A stretch of DNA of 64,000 nucleotides, from NCBI GenBank assembly GCA_030699125.1, contig JAUYKM010000018.1, forward strand, positions 34,884 through 98,883. Direction: 5' to 3'. This document shows positions 38,598 to 47,562 of the stretch, piece by piece. Within the stretch, counting starts at the first letter, position 1, and each line of letters starts with the position of its first letter. This stretch comes from Candidatus Daviesbacteria bacterium (GTDB taxonomy: Bacteria > Patescibacteriota > Microgenomatia > Daviesbacterales > UBA10151). Under the pieces are notes generated by a model. It was not told where the DNA came from. It worked only from the letters and a program-made list of their open reading frames with translations, and ran no database searches. Both the position numbers and the translations under genes were made by a program.

Positions 38598-39053
38598 TTA
38601 GTATTTTTTCATAAAAGGACTGCAACTTTTTAGTTTTTTACCAAATGCTCTATCAATGAATCTTCTATCCACATACTTAGACTTCTCAAAATCTTCTCTG
38701 ACCTGCTGGTATGCTTCAAGCTCTTCATCGCCTGCGAAACCACAAACTGAATTATGCCCCCCTTCCATTAATACAATTGCCTGGCTTAAATATAGTGGCC
38801 CTGCCAAAGTGTATGTTTTACCACTTCCCCCTTTCAAATCCATTCTATCTTTATGCAACTTTGCATATTGAAGAGTACTTTCCTCTCGTAAACGCTCCAA
38901 TATTGTTTGTGGCCGATCTAGGGGGGACTGTTGCGGAGTAGGCTCAGGAGTTGGAGATGCAGTCGGAGTCACTTCACCTGATAAAACAGGTTGGCAACTC
39001 ATTAACAATAAGGCTATTCCTGCTAATCTTGGTACTAGACATTCTTTACTCAT
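38598..39053 (-). CDS. Hypothetical lipoprotein-like protein
   Basis: LAGIALLLMSC lipobox-like signal, P/T-rich linker; TATAAT 6 nt before the ATG. Confidence 0.6.
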   Translation of the reverse strand: MSKECLVPRLAGIALLLMSCQPVLSGEVTPTASPTPEPTPQQSPLDRPQTILERLREESTLQYAKLHKDRMDLKGGSGKTYTLAGPLYLSQAIVLMEGGHNSVCGFAGDEELEAYQQVREDFEKSKYVDRRFIDRAFGKKLKSCSPFMKKY

Positions 39054-39117
39054 ACCTGGATTATATCTAACTATAAGCTATTTGTCAAAGAAAGTTCCCG
39101 ATGTTAAGATAATGTCC

Positions 39118-40983
39118 GTGTCAACTCTCCTTTCTGATCTAAATTCAGATCAACAACAAGCTGTTAAACAAACTGAAGGCCCGGTTTTAATTTTGGCTGG
39201 TGCCGGCTCCGGCAAAACTAAAGTTTTAACATACAGGGTGGCTTATTTAATTTCCGAAAAGAAAATCCCTCCAGAAAATATTCTTACATTGACATTTACA
39301 AATAAGGCAGCCGGAGAGATGATGGATCGGATCCGCCGACTCATCACTCAGTACTCATCACTTAGCACTCAACCAGTCATGGGCACATTTCACTCATTTT
39401 GCGCCAAAATTTTGCGCCGTGAAGGTAAAGTTTTAGGACTCCCCCCGGGCTTTGCCATTTATGATGAGTCTGATGCGCTAGATGCCATCAAAGAAGCCAT
39501 GGGAAATATTAATATTCCCATTCAGAAAACCTCCCCTTCTGCTGTAAGAAATACTATCTCCGGAGCCAAAAATGAGTTGATCTCCAGTTTGGAATATCCA
39601 AAATATGCCCGTGGTTTTTTCCAGGAGCAAGTTGCCAAAATTTATTTAGAATATCAAAAAATTTTAGAAAGAAATCATGCTTTAGATTTTGATGATCTGC
39701 TGCTTAAAGTCATCCGGCTTTTTCAGACTGAGCCTACAATTTTAACTAGGTATCAAATCCAGTTTCGTTATATTTTAATTGATGAATATCAGGACACCAA
39801 TAGTGCCCAATATTTAATCTCTAAATACCTGGCAAATCGTCATAAAAATATCTGCGTGGTAGGTGATGCCAGCCAGTCGATTTACTCCTTTAGAGGTGCA
39901 GATTTTAGAAATATTGTTAATTTTGAAAAAGATTATCCTAATGTCAAGATTTTTAATCTGGAGCAAAATTATCGATCCACCCAAAATATTTTGGATGCTG
40001 CTCATAGCGTTATTTCCAAAAATAAATCTCACCCCATCTTAAAGCTTTGGACGCAAAAAGAGGGAGGAGAAAAGATAGAAGTAGTAGAAATAAGAAATGA
40101 GATAGAAGAAGCCTTATTTATTCTTTCTCAGCTTAAAAAACCTTTTTCAAATTATGCCATCCTTTATAGAACTAATGCTCAATCCCGCTCTTTAGAGGAA
40201 CAATTTTTAAAATCTGGTATCCCTTACAGATTAGTGGGGGGGGTTTCTTTTTATGCACGGAAGGAAATCAAAGATGTGTTGGCATATTTGAGACTGATAC
40301 AAAATCCTGATGATTCTGTCTCTAAAAAACGCGCTGAAAAAATTGGCAAGGGTAGGCTGAATAAATTGATGGAATTTTATACTGAAATATCAAATAATCT
40401 GGGTGCACATTCCACGCTAGAGCTGCTTGATTTGATTTTACAAAAAACCGGCTATTTAGCTTATCTTGATGATGGCACAGATGAAGGGAAAAACAGAGTG
40501 GAAAATGTTAAAGAATTAAAATCTGTAGCTGAGGAATTTCCTAATTTAGTGGAATTTTTGGAAAACGTGGCTCTTGTCGAAGCTGCTGATACACCGACCC
40601 ACCGGAAAACCGATACACTGAATAAAGATGCTGTAACTTTAATGACTCTACATAGCGCCAAAGGTTTGGAATTCCCCACCATTTTTATGATTGGCATGGA
40701 GGAGGGATTATTCCCTCATTCCAGATCCATGCTTGATGTAAGGGAACTAGAAGAGGAGAGAAGGCTCTGCTATGTAGGGATCACCCGGGCCAAAGATAAA
40801 TTATACCTAACTTATACCAGACAAAGACTTTACTTTGGCACCAGATCTAATAATTTAGTTTCTAGATTCCTGTCGGATATCCCCGAACACCTTATCAGCT
40901 CCAATGCCACTTTTAAAGATTCTGACCAATTTTTGGATGACGTGGATGTTGGAATAGACCAGGAAGAATGGTTAAATACATAA
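39118..40983 (+). CDS. pcrA: ATP-dependent DNA helicase PcrA/UvrD
   Basis: AGAGSGKT, TFTNKAA, IDEYQDTN, LEQNYRST, TLHSAKGLEF, EERRLCYVGITRA; start could be 39082, 39112 or 39118. Confidence 0.96.
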   Translation: MSTLLSDLNSDQQQAVKQTEGPVLILAGAGSGKTKVLTYRVAYLISEKKIPPENILTLTFTNKAAGEMMDRIRRLITQYSSLSTQPVMGTFHSFCAKILRREGKVLGLPPGFAIYDESDALDAIKEAMGNINIPIQKTSPSAVRNTISGAKNELISSLEYPKYARGFFQEQVAKIYLEYQKILERNHALDFDDLLLKVIRLFQTEPTILTRYQIQFRYILIDEYQDTNSAQYLISKYLANRHKNICVVGDASQSIYSFRGADFRNIVNFEKDYPNVKIFNLEQNYRSTQNILDAAHSVISKNKSHPILKLWTQKEGGEKIEVVEIRNEIEEALFILSQLKKPFSNYAILYRTNAQSRSLEEQFLKSGIPYRLVGGVSFYARKEIKDVLAYLRLIQNPDDSVSKKRAEKIGKGRLNKLMEFYTEISNNLGAHSTLELLDLILQKTGYLAYLDDGTDEGKNRVENVKELKSVAEEFPNLVEFLENVALVEAADTPTHRKTDTLNKDAVTLMTLHSAKGLEFPTIFMIGMEEGLFPHSRSMLDVRELEEERRLCYVGITRAKDKLYLTYTRQRLYFGTRSNNLVSRFLSDIPEHLISSNATFKDSDQFLDDVDVGIDQEEWLNT

Positions 40984-40984
40984 A

Positions 40985-41063
40985 GAGCTATCAGTCATCA
41001 GACGTCAGTCGTCAGACAATCAGAAATCTGAAAGCTGAAGACTGAAAGCTGAAGACTAATTAT
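40985..41063. repeat. Inverted heptamer hairpin element (TCAG.. / CTGAAAG-CTGAAGA)
   Basis: 41035-41063 is the exact reverse complement of 13572-13600 (29 nt). Confidence 0.9.
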
Positions 41064-41754
41064 GGAAAGATATCTGGGAATCTTATTAATAATAGGACTC
41101 ACCATTTTTGCCGGTTCTTTTTGGCAAAATCCCGTTATTCTGGGGGAATCCACAGGCCCTTCCCAAATTCTGCCAATTAGTCAGCCTGTTCTCACTCAAT
41201 CTGCCTTTAGTGAAAAATTGGAAGAAGATATAGAAATAATTCCTAAAAAAACAGTCTATGAGGATGACCCGGAGACTGAAGCAGGAATAGAAAAAATATT
41301 AGAAGAAGGCGAAGATGGTAAAAGGGTTAAAATTATCAAAATTACCTATTATAAAGATGGCGATGAATATGATAGACAAATTGTTTCTACTGAAACCACG
41401 CCAGCCAAAAATAAAATCATTTCAAGAGGCACTAAAATTATCTGGAAAACCTTAGCTACCGCTGATGGAGAAATTAGGTATTGGAAAAAATTACGGGTCT
41501 ATGCCACTCATTATGATTCCAGATGTCCAGGATGTAATGAATGGACAGCCATTGGTATGAGAGCCGGCAAAGGCGTTATTGCTGTTGATCCCAAAGTTAT
41601 ACCCTTAAGATCTAAAGTTTATATTCCGGAATACGGGATGGCCATAGCCGGAGATACTGGCGGAGCCATTAAAGGAAATATTATAGATTTAGGCTTTGAT
41701 GATGCCAGAACAGCCGGCTGGAGAGCAAAATTTGTAGATATTTATCTCTTATAG
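41062..41754 (+). CDS. G5 + 3D domain cell-wall lytic protein (YabE-like)
   Basis: EEGEDG G5 repeat; IAVDPKVIPLRSKVYIP.YG.AIAGDTGGAIKGNIIDL 3D motif. Confidence 0.9.
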   Translation: MERYLGILLIIGLTIFAGSFWQNPVILGESTGPSQILPISQPVLTQSAFSEKLEEDIEIIPKKTVYEDDPETEAGIEKILEEGEDGKRVKIIKITYYKDGDEYDRQIVSTETTPAKNKIISRGTKIIWKTLATADGEIRYWKKLRVYATHYDSRCPGCNEWTAIGMRAGKGVIAVDPKVIPLRSKVYIPEYGMAIAGDTGGAIKGNIIDLGFDDARTAGWRAKFVDIYLL

Positions 41755-41756
41755 CA

Positions 41757-41788
41757 TTATTACGAGGAGCGAAGCAACGTGGCAATCT
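41757..41788. repeat. Degenerate REP/RPE-like arm TTATTACGAGGAGCGAAGCAACGTGGCAATCT
   Basis: Resembles GTCATTGCGAGGAGCGAAGCGACGTGGCAATCT-type elements; lies between convergent stops. Confidence 0.55.
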
Positions 41789-42392
41789 AATTTATAAATT
41801 TAAAAGTATTTAGAATCAATGCTCCACTCTCACCAATTACTGGTTCAAATGAAATTCTATAAACTTTATTATTGTGAATTAGAGTAAATACTCTATTAGA
41901 CTTTGGGCCAGCAACTACTCCCTTCAATGTTTGAATACCATCAATATACATATATTCAACCTTATTACCCTCATAATCTAACCCTATTTCTCCATCGAAA
42001 GACTTATAATCAGACATAAAGGACTCTATACTCTCTTTTTCTGTTTGCTCCATTGAAATTGTCATCTGTCCATCATCTACGAGTAGAGATACACTATCTG
42101 GATCTTCTAAAAAGATATTGTCAACACCATAACTTCCTCCTTCTTTAATCTTTCCATCAATTGGGTATTTAAATGAAATTCCTAATTTTGTACTTGTATA
42201 TGTTTTCCAATTAGCACTTCGAGTATCCTCAGTGTAAACAGTTTCATCCGGAGAAGGTTGCGGAGTTTGGGAAATAGCCGGACTAGGCGAGGGTTTTGAG
42301 ACAGTTGATCTTCCCAAATAATATGCTCCAAAGGCTACTACTGCTGTTATTAATATTCCGATTAAGAAAATCTGAATCTGACCCTTTTGCAT
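41787..42392 (-). CDS. Pilin-like-leader surface protein (NWKTY family)
   Basis: MQKG|QIQIFLIGILITAVVAFGAYYLG, P/S linker, ANWKTYTSTKLGISFKYP, ends ILNTFKFIN; paralogue of 3468..4070. Confidence 0.78.
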   Translation of the reverse strand: MQKGQIQIFLIGILITAVVAFGAYYLGRSTVSKPSPSPAISQTPQPSPDETVYTEDTRSANWKTYTSTKLGISFKYPIDGKIKEGGSYGVDNIFLEDPDSVSLLVDDGQMTISMEQTEKESIESFMSDYKSFDGEIGLDYEGNKVEYMYIDGIQTLKGVVAGPKSNRVFTLIHNNKVYRISFEPVIGESGALILNTFKFIN

Positions 42393-42399
42393 AGCGTTT

Positions 42400-42558
42400 T
42401 TAACTTAATTTAAACTTTTTTTCGTAGCTTTTAATTAAACTGATTGATAAATCTTCATCAAAGATAGCCCTAGCTAAAATCCCTTTTATTTTGGTGTTAT
42501 TTCTTTTCCACTTTTTATCTGGTTTACAAATACCACAAGTAGATTTACTGATTATCAT
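42400..42558 (-). CDS. 52-aa CxxC-containing basic mini-protein
   Basis: MIISKSTCGICKPDKKWKRNN...KKFKLS*; TATAAT 8 nt before the ATG; missing from ORF track. Confidence 0.6.
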   Translation of the reverse strand: MIISKSTCGICKPDKKWKRNNTKIKGILARAIFDEDLSISLIKSYEKKFKLS

Positions 42559-42574
42559 ATTTAACTATTATACT

Positions 42575-42976
42575 CTAATTTGGTATTCTAATTGGCTCTA
42601 TCTCTACAGTCTGTTTCTGGTAACTCAATTTAACGTCAAAGTGATCAAAAAATCCTTGTTGGCCTAAGATTCCATGACCAAAATCGCTAATCTTTGCAAA
42701 AATTACATATGTTGCGTATGTGATCTTATCAATTTTTATATCTATTTCTCCCCAAAAACCCTCTATCTCATCGTTGCCAGCTCCAATAAAAGTAATTTTA
42801 TTTTTCTTCGAAAATTTTAGCCCTAGTTCTTTGGCAATTTCTAGACTAAAAATACAATGATCAGCTCCGGAATCAATTAACCCATGATATAGAATAAAGT
42901 AATTATCTGACTTAATTATAATTGGAATAATAGGTCTTCTGAGGTAAGGAGTGATCTCTTTATAAGGAAATGTCAT
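42575..42976 (-). CDS. Retropepsin-like (clan AA) aspartyl protease
   Basis: LIDSGADHC, ILGQQGFF; paralogue of 4084..4494. Confidence 0.85.
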   Translation of the reverse strand: MTFPYKEITPYLRRPIIPIIIKSDNYFILYHGLIDSGADHCIFSLEIAKELGLKFSKKNKITFIGAGNDEIEGFWGEIDIKIDKITYATYVIFAKISDFGHGILGQQGFFDHFDVKLSYQKQTVEIEPIRIPN

Positions 42977-43194
42977 TCAGTATAAATAAATGGTCCTACT
43001 ATTGGAAGAACTTTCTTTGGTATTTGAGTAACTAAAGGCATTTCATATCCTTTTTGTTTTGCTTTTCGAAGCACCTCATGTAGCGTTCTAGCATGTGCTA
43101 CAACCTTAGGTTTAGTCTCATGATCAATCATAGCCACCCACTTACCCTTATAGTTTTTATTACCATAAATTTTGGTCATGTCTACTGCTGACAT
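42973..43194 (-). CDS. Small DUF5678-like protein
   Basis: YKGKWVAM...VVAHARTLHEV...G..P; ATGA overlap with the protease. Confidence 0.75.
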   Translation of the reverse strand: MSAVDMTKIYGNKNYKGKWVAMIDHETKPKVVAHARTLHEVLRKAKQKGYEMPLVTQIPKKVLPIVGPFIYTE

Positions 43195-43268
43195 AGTAAC
43201 TTAATTTTACCATTTTTGGAGATCTAAAAACCATATGTAGATTAACAGCAAAATTTGTAGATATATAT

Positions 43269-44165
43269 TTACTCTGACCCTCTTTTTTGCTCTATACATT
43301 CTAATAAGTCCTTAGTTTGGGTCCATCCGCATCCCCCATCTTTCTGTCTTTCACATAAGGCATCTTTATAACATTCATACTCTTCCCTAAATTCACAGGT
43401 GGTAACAATATCTTTTTCTTCTTCATCTACACAAAGCTGATTACTACATCCTGCCACAAAACAACCTCCTATATTTTCCACCACTTTAACAGTTTGTAAA
43501 ATTTTCTCCCCCTCTTCACCTATAATTCTGAAAAGATACATTTTTTCACTGCTAGCAAGATAAATAAATTTTGGTGAGCCGGGCTGGTAAGTCACTATTC
43601 CATATTGTGCCAGCTGTCCGGAAATGGTGGCTTCCCCTTTTGGAGCAACATCATCTCTTCTGGCTGTATAATCTCCCCAGACAAAAGGATAATACCAATA
43701 ATTTTCATAGAATTGTTCTATGTCTAGTTTGTTGGGATTATTAAAAACCCAAAGAGTGAATGGATTGGTCTCAAAGTTATCTTCTTTTTCTAAAACCACC
43801 ACTGCTCCTAAATTGTCAGCTGGTGGATAGGCTACATATGCGGTAAAATTTTTTCTAAACTCCCCATTTCCTCTTTTATTGAACTCTTCTTCACTATCCT
43901 CTTTGACAACTAAATTCTTTTTGGAATATTCAAACTTAAAGCCAAGATCTTTATTCGTATATGTTTCTAAACTATCTTTTTGTTTATCAGGGGGTGGGAT
44001 AAAATTTGGTGGATTATTTTTGTAATTTAAATAAAAATATCCACTACCAAAAATGATTACTAAACTAATCAGCACAAGGATTATTGGGGCAGATCCTCTT
44101 TGTTTATAATTCGAGCGAAGCGAGAATTTCAAGCTTTGCTTATACTGAGCGTAGTCGAAGTACAT
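43269..44165 (-). CDS. Pilin-like-leader surface protein with C-terminal eight-cysteine domain
   Basis: QRG|SAPIILVLISLV, TYTNKDLGFKFEY, C-terminal C..GCS.QLC...TTC...C...C...CGW...C (8 Cys); ATG 44165 has TATCAT 6 nt upstream. Confidence 0.72.
   Translation of the reverse strand: MYFDYAQYKQSLKFSLRSNYKQRGSAPIILVLISLVIIFGSGYFYLNYKNNPPNFIPPPDKQKDSLETYTNKDLGFKFEYSKKNLVVKEDSEEEFNKRGNGEFRKNFTAYVAYPPADNLGAVVVLEKEDNFETNPFTLWVFNNPNKLDIEQFYENYWYYPFVWGDYTARRDDVAPKGEATISGQLAQYGIVTYQPGSPKFIYLASSEKMYLFRIIGEEGEKILQTVKVVENIGGCFVAGCSNQLCVDEEEKDIVTTCEFREEYECYKDALCERQKDGGCGWTQTKDLLECIEQKRGSE
44108..44162 (-). repeat. Two palindromic motifs (TACTTCGACTACGCTCAGTA; AATTCTCGCTTCGCTCGAATT) in-frame in a leader peptide
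   Basis: Same TTCGAC..GCTCA core as the pnp and tatD inserts. Confidence 0.65.
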
Positions 44166-44222
44166 AATATAATGATAGATTAGGTATTGCCAAAACACAA
44201 CTTATTCTGTTAACATCATCAA

Positions 44223-44876
44223 ATGCCAAGAAAAAAATCAGGCCAAATTATACCATTGCCTCAAGATAGAGTGGGATGGCTGATGAGTATTCCGGAAAGA
44301 GTTATATCTTTGCGTCCCTCCAGAAAAACATATATTATTCTGGTAATTGTCGGCGTATTGCTCCTGGCGCTTTATAAAAAAGAATGGTTTATTGCAGCAA
44401 CTATAGATGGTACCCCCATCACAACCTTGGAGCTTTTCTCCCGTATGAATCAACAATTCAGAACCCAAACTATAAACCAAATTGTCAATGAAAAAATTAT
44501 TTTGATGGAGGCGTCCAAAAAACAAGTAGCTGTTTCCTCCAGTGAGATTGATCAAAAGATTGGGGAGCTAGAAACCCAGGTCGGGGGTCGCGAAGTTTTT
44601 GAAAATTTACTTACTCAACAGGGCCAAACTAGAGATTCTTTAAAAGAGCAAGTCAGGCTTCAGCTGATTATAGAAAAACTGTACGCTAATGAGGCTACAA
44701 TCTCAGCAGAGGAGGTTGATAAATTTTTGGAAACAAATAGTGCTCTTCTGACCTCCACTGACTCAGCCAAACAAAGAGAAGAGGCTAAGGAAACTATTAA
44801 ACAACAGAAATTATCTCAAATTTTTTCCGAAAAATTTCAACAGATCCGCCAAAGCGCTGATATAAAAATTTACTAA
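44223..44876 (+). CDS. SurA/PrsA N-terminal-domain foldase (no PPIase domain)
   Basis: TM, AATIDG.PIT, EKII..EA.K..V.VS..EID, QSADIKIY end. Confidence 0.8.
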   Translation: MPRKKSGQIIPLPQDRVGWLMSIPERVISLRPSRKTYIILVIVGVLLLALYKKEWFIAATIDGTPITTLELFSRMNQQFRTQTINQIVNEKIILMEASKKQVAVSSSEIDQKIGELETQVGGREVFENLLTQQGQTRDSLKEQVRLQLIIEKLYANEATISAEEVDKFLETNSALLTSTDSAKQREEAKETIKQQKLSQIFSEKFQQIRQSADIKIY

Positions 44877-44924
44877 ATATTAATTACCCTTATTATCTTA
44901 ACCCACTTCCACTATAATTAAACA

Positions 44925-45953
44925 ATGGAACTGCGAGTGATTCCGCCGGGCCAAAAATATCAATATAATAAATTTGTCACTCATGTAATCCAATCTTGGC
45001 AATGGGGAGATTTCAGAAAAGATTTAGGCTTACCGGTGTTAAGATATGGCATTTATCACAAAGGTCAAATATCACGGGTATTTCAGCTGACCTTACATAA
45101 AATTCCCTTTACTAAGAAATATGTTGGCTATCTGCCAAAGGGTCCCATGATAGATCAAGAATTAGTCCAAGCGTTGAAACAAATAGGTAAACAGGAAAAT
45201 TGTGCTTTTATTAAAGTTGAACCCGATGTGAAACTACCAACTACCAACCATCCGCTTCGCGAGGCGAGCCAACTACTACCAACTGAATTCATTAAATCTC
45301 CCAAATCTCTTTTTACCAAATATAATTTTGTTTTGGATATTACTAAATCAGAAGAAGAACTTTTAAAAAATACGCACCCAAAAGTAAGATATAACATCCG
45401 TCTGGCCCAAAAATATAAAGTAACAATTAAGCAAGGATTTAACGAAAAGGCTTTTGAAACATATTTAAAACTATATTTTCAAACTGTTAAAAGGCAGGGT
45501 TATCTGGGACATAATGAAACTTATCATAAAAAGGTTTGGGGTATTTTAAAAAATGCCAATATGGCAAGGCTTCTTATCGCCTACTACAAAGATGAACCCT
45601 TGGCTTGTTGGATGCTTCTTAATTTTCACGATACCCTCTATTATCCTTATGGCGGGTCCTCAATGGAGTTTAGAAATGTGATGGCCTCAAACCTGTTGGC
45701 TTGGGAAGCAATTCTTTTGGGTAAAAAAATGGGGCTGAAGAAATTTGATATGTGGGGAGCTTTAGGACCCAATGCTTCCCCCAAAGACCCTTGGTTCGGA
45801 TTCCACAAATTCAAACAGGGATATGGAGGGGAGTTGGAAGAATATATTGGCACTTATGATTATGTTTTTGACTGGCCGCTCTATTTAACATTTACTGCTA
45901 TAGATAAATTAACCCCGCTAAAAGTTTTCTTGTTAAAATTGCTAAAGAAATAA
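44925..45953 (+). CDS. FemABX family lipid II aminoacyl transferase
   Basis: HVIQSWQWG, YLPKGP, FIKVEP, RYNIRLA, YYPYGGS, FDMWG, FKQGYGG. Confidence 0.92.
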   Translation: MELRVIPPGQKYQYNKFVTHVIQSWQWGDFRKDLGLPVLRYGIYHKGQISRVFQLTLHKIPFTKKYVGYLPKGPMIDQELVQALKQIGKQENCAFIKVEPDVKLPTTNHPLREASQLLPTEFIKSPKSLFTKYNFVLDITKSEEELLKNTHPKVRYNIRLAQKYKVTIKQGFNEKAFETYLKLYFQTVKRQGYLGHNETYHKKVWGILKNANMARLLIAYYKDEPLACWMLLNFHDTLYYPYGGSSMEFRNVMASNLLAWEAILLGKKMGLKKFDMWGALGPNASPKDPWFGFHKFKQGYGGELEEYIGTYDYVFDWPLYLTFTAIDKLTPLKVFLLKLLKK

Positions 45954-46453
45954 TGGATCTGACTCTTTTTATATCTTTCGGTGTGTTAATCGGTTGTGCT
46001 ATTGGGTTATCCTGGTTTGCCGGATCTGATGCTCCATTTGTTCCGACCAAAATGGAGAATATTAGAAAAATTTTAAAATTGGCTAATGTAGGTAGGGGGA
46101 GAAAATTTTATGAATTGGGATCCGGTGATGGCAGGGTAGTGATTGAGGCAGCCAAACTGGAAGCTGATGCAGTTGGTATTGAACAGTCTTTAATTAGAGT
46201 CATCTATTCCAGATATACTGCCTCAAGATTAAAATTGAAAAATGCTAAATTTTATCATGGGAATATTTTCTCAAAAGATTACACTGATGCGGATGTTATT
46301 TATATTTATCTTCTTAATAAAGGGGTGGGGAGATTAGAGGAGAAGTTAAAAAAAGAATTAAAAAAGGGGTCAGTTGTAATCACTCAAACTTATCATTTCC
46401 CCAACTGGAAACCATACCAAAGCCAAGGAGATTTTTGGTTATACAGACAGTAA
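45953..46453 (+). CDS. SAM-dependent methyltransferase (membrane-anchored)
   Basis: APFVPT, YELGSGDGR, ADVIYIYLL, ELKKGSVVI. Confidence 0.85.
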   Translation: MDLTLFISFGVLIGCAIGLSWFAGSDAPFVPTKMENIRKILKLANVGRGRKFYELGSGDGRVVIEAAKLEADAVGIEQSLIRVIYSRYTASRLKLKNAKFYHGNIFSKDYTDADVIYIYLLNKGVGRLEEKLKKELKKGSVVITQTYHFPNWKPYQSQGDFWLYRQ

Positions 46454-47521
46454 TTCTTTTGCTGAATTTGTTAATTGTTTAAGCCCACTCTTTTCTAGTA
46501 AAAATAAATCCTCAATTCTCACCCCTCCAAATCCTTCTACATATATTCCCGGTTCTATGGAAAATACCATTTCTTCTTCTAAATGATCCCTGCTTTTGGG
46601 TGATAAACTGGGATGTTCGTGTACTTCCAGTCCTATCCCATGGCCTAAAGAATGTGGAATGGTAGGAAAATCTTTGGATCTGATATATTCTCGCGCCACT
46701 CTATCAACATCTCTGGCCAAAATTTCCTTGCCTTTTTTTATGCTTTCATTTATGAAATCTGCACTTTTTTGTTGGGCCCCAAGAACAGTCTCATACATTT
46801 TTATTTGTTTGCTAGCTGGTTTGCCAAAAAACACAGTCCTTGTCATATCAGAACAATAATTTTGGAATTTCACACCAAAGTCCATTAAAACAAACTGATT
46901 TTTTCTTAACCTATCTTTTCCTGGTTGGTGATGAGGATATGCTGCATTTTTACCAAATGCAACAATGGTTCTAAAAGAAGGTTCATAATCCAATTTTTTA
47001 ATTTCATTATCTATTACAAAAGCAGTTTTCTTTTCAGAAATTCCTAATTTAATTTTTGTTACTGCTTTTTTAAAAACTTCATCACCAATTTGACATGCTT
47101 TGGAAATTAATTCAATCTCATCTTTATCTTTAATAGATCTTTTTATTTTTAGGTCAAAGTTTTTTAGATTTTTAAAAACCAAAACTAATTTCTTATATTC
47201 ATAAACCCTTAAATCATGTTCTTCAATTCCAATATAAGCATCATTATTTTTTAAGATTTTCTGCATTACTTTTGCAGGTGGCTCCCTACGACTTATTTCA
47301 ATTACTTTAAAATTTGGGATATTTATAGCCTTACTGTAAACAGAATGAGTTAAAATATAATTTCTATCTTTGGTTATTAAAAGATAACCATCTCTTTCCT
47401 CTTTAAAAAAATTGGAATAGCCGGTCAGGTATGTAATATTAGGAACAGATGAGATTAAAACTCCATCCAATTTTTCTCTTTTTAAATGTTGCTTTAATAT
47501 TTTTATTCTTCGCTCAAACAT
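46439..47521 (-). CDS. Xaa-Pro aminopeptidase (M24B)
   Basis: MDFG, YCSDMTRT, HSLGHGIGLEVHE, SIEPGIY, GVRIED; ATG 47521 preferred (avoids sbcD overlap; TACAAT 7 nt upstream). Confidence 0.93.
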   Translation of the reverse strand: MFERRIKILKQHLKREKLDGVLISSVPNITYLTGYSNFFKEERDGYLLITKDRNYILTHSVYSKAINIPNFKVIEISRREPPAKVMQKILKNNDAYIGIEEHDLRVYEYKKLVLVFKNLKNFDLKIKRSIKDKDEIELISKACQIGDEVFKKAVTKIKLGISEKKTAFVIDNEIKKLDYEPSFRTIVAFGKNAAYPHHQPGKDRLRKNQFVLMDFGVKFQNYCSDMTRTVFFGKPASKQIKMYETVLGAQQKSADFINESIKKGKEILARDVDRVAREYIRSKDFPTIPHSLGHGIGLEVHEHPSLSPKSRDHLEEEMVFSIEPGIYVEGFGGVRIEDLFLLEKSGLKQLTNSAKELLSV

Positions 47522-47562
47522 GGCTGACATTGTAGCATGGACTATGATAAAATCGCGAATGT

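Noticed and set aside
39362-39370. TTAGCACTC (CIRCE half-site) in pcrA, also in infB near 18643-18651 and TAGCACTC at about 32578
   Set aside because: No partner half-site 9 nt away; the first two are part of heptamer arrays inside genes
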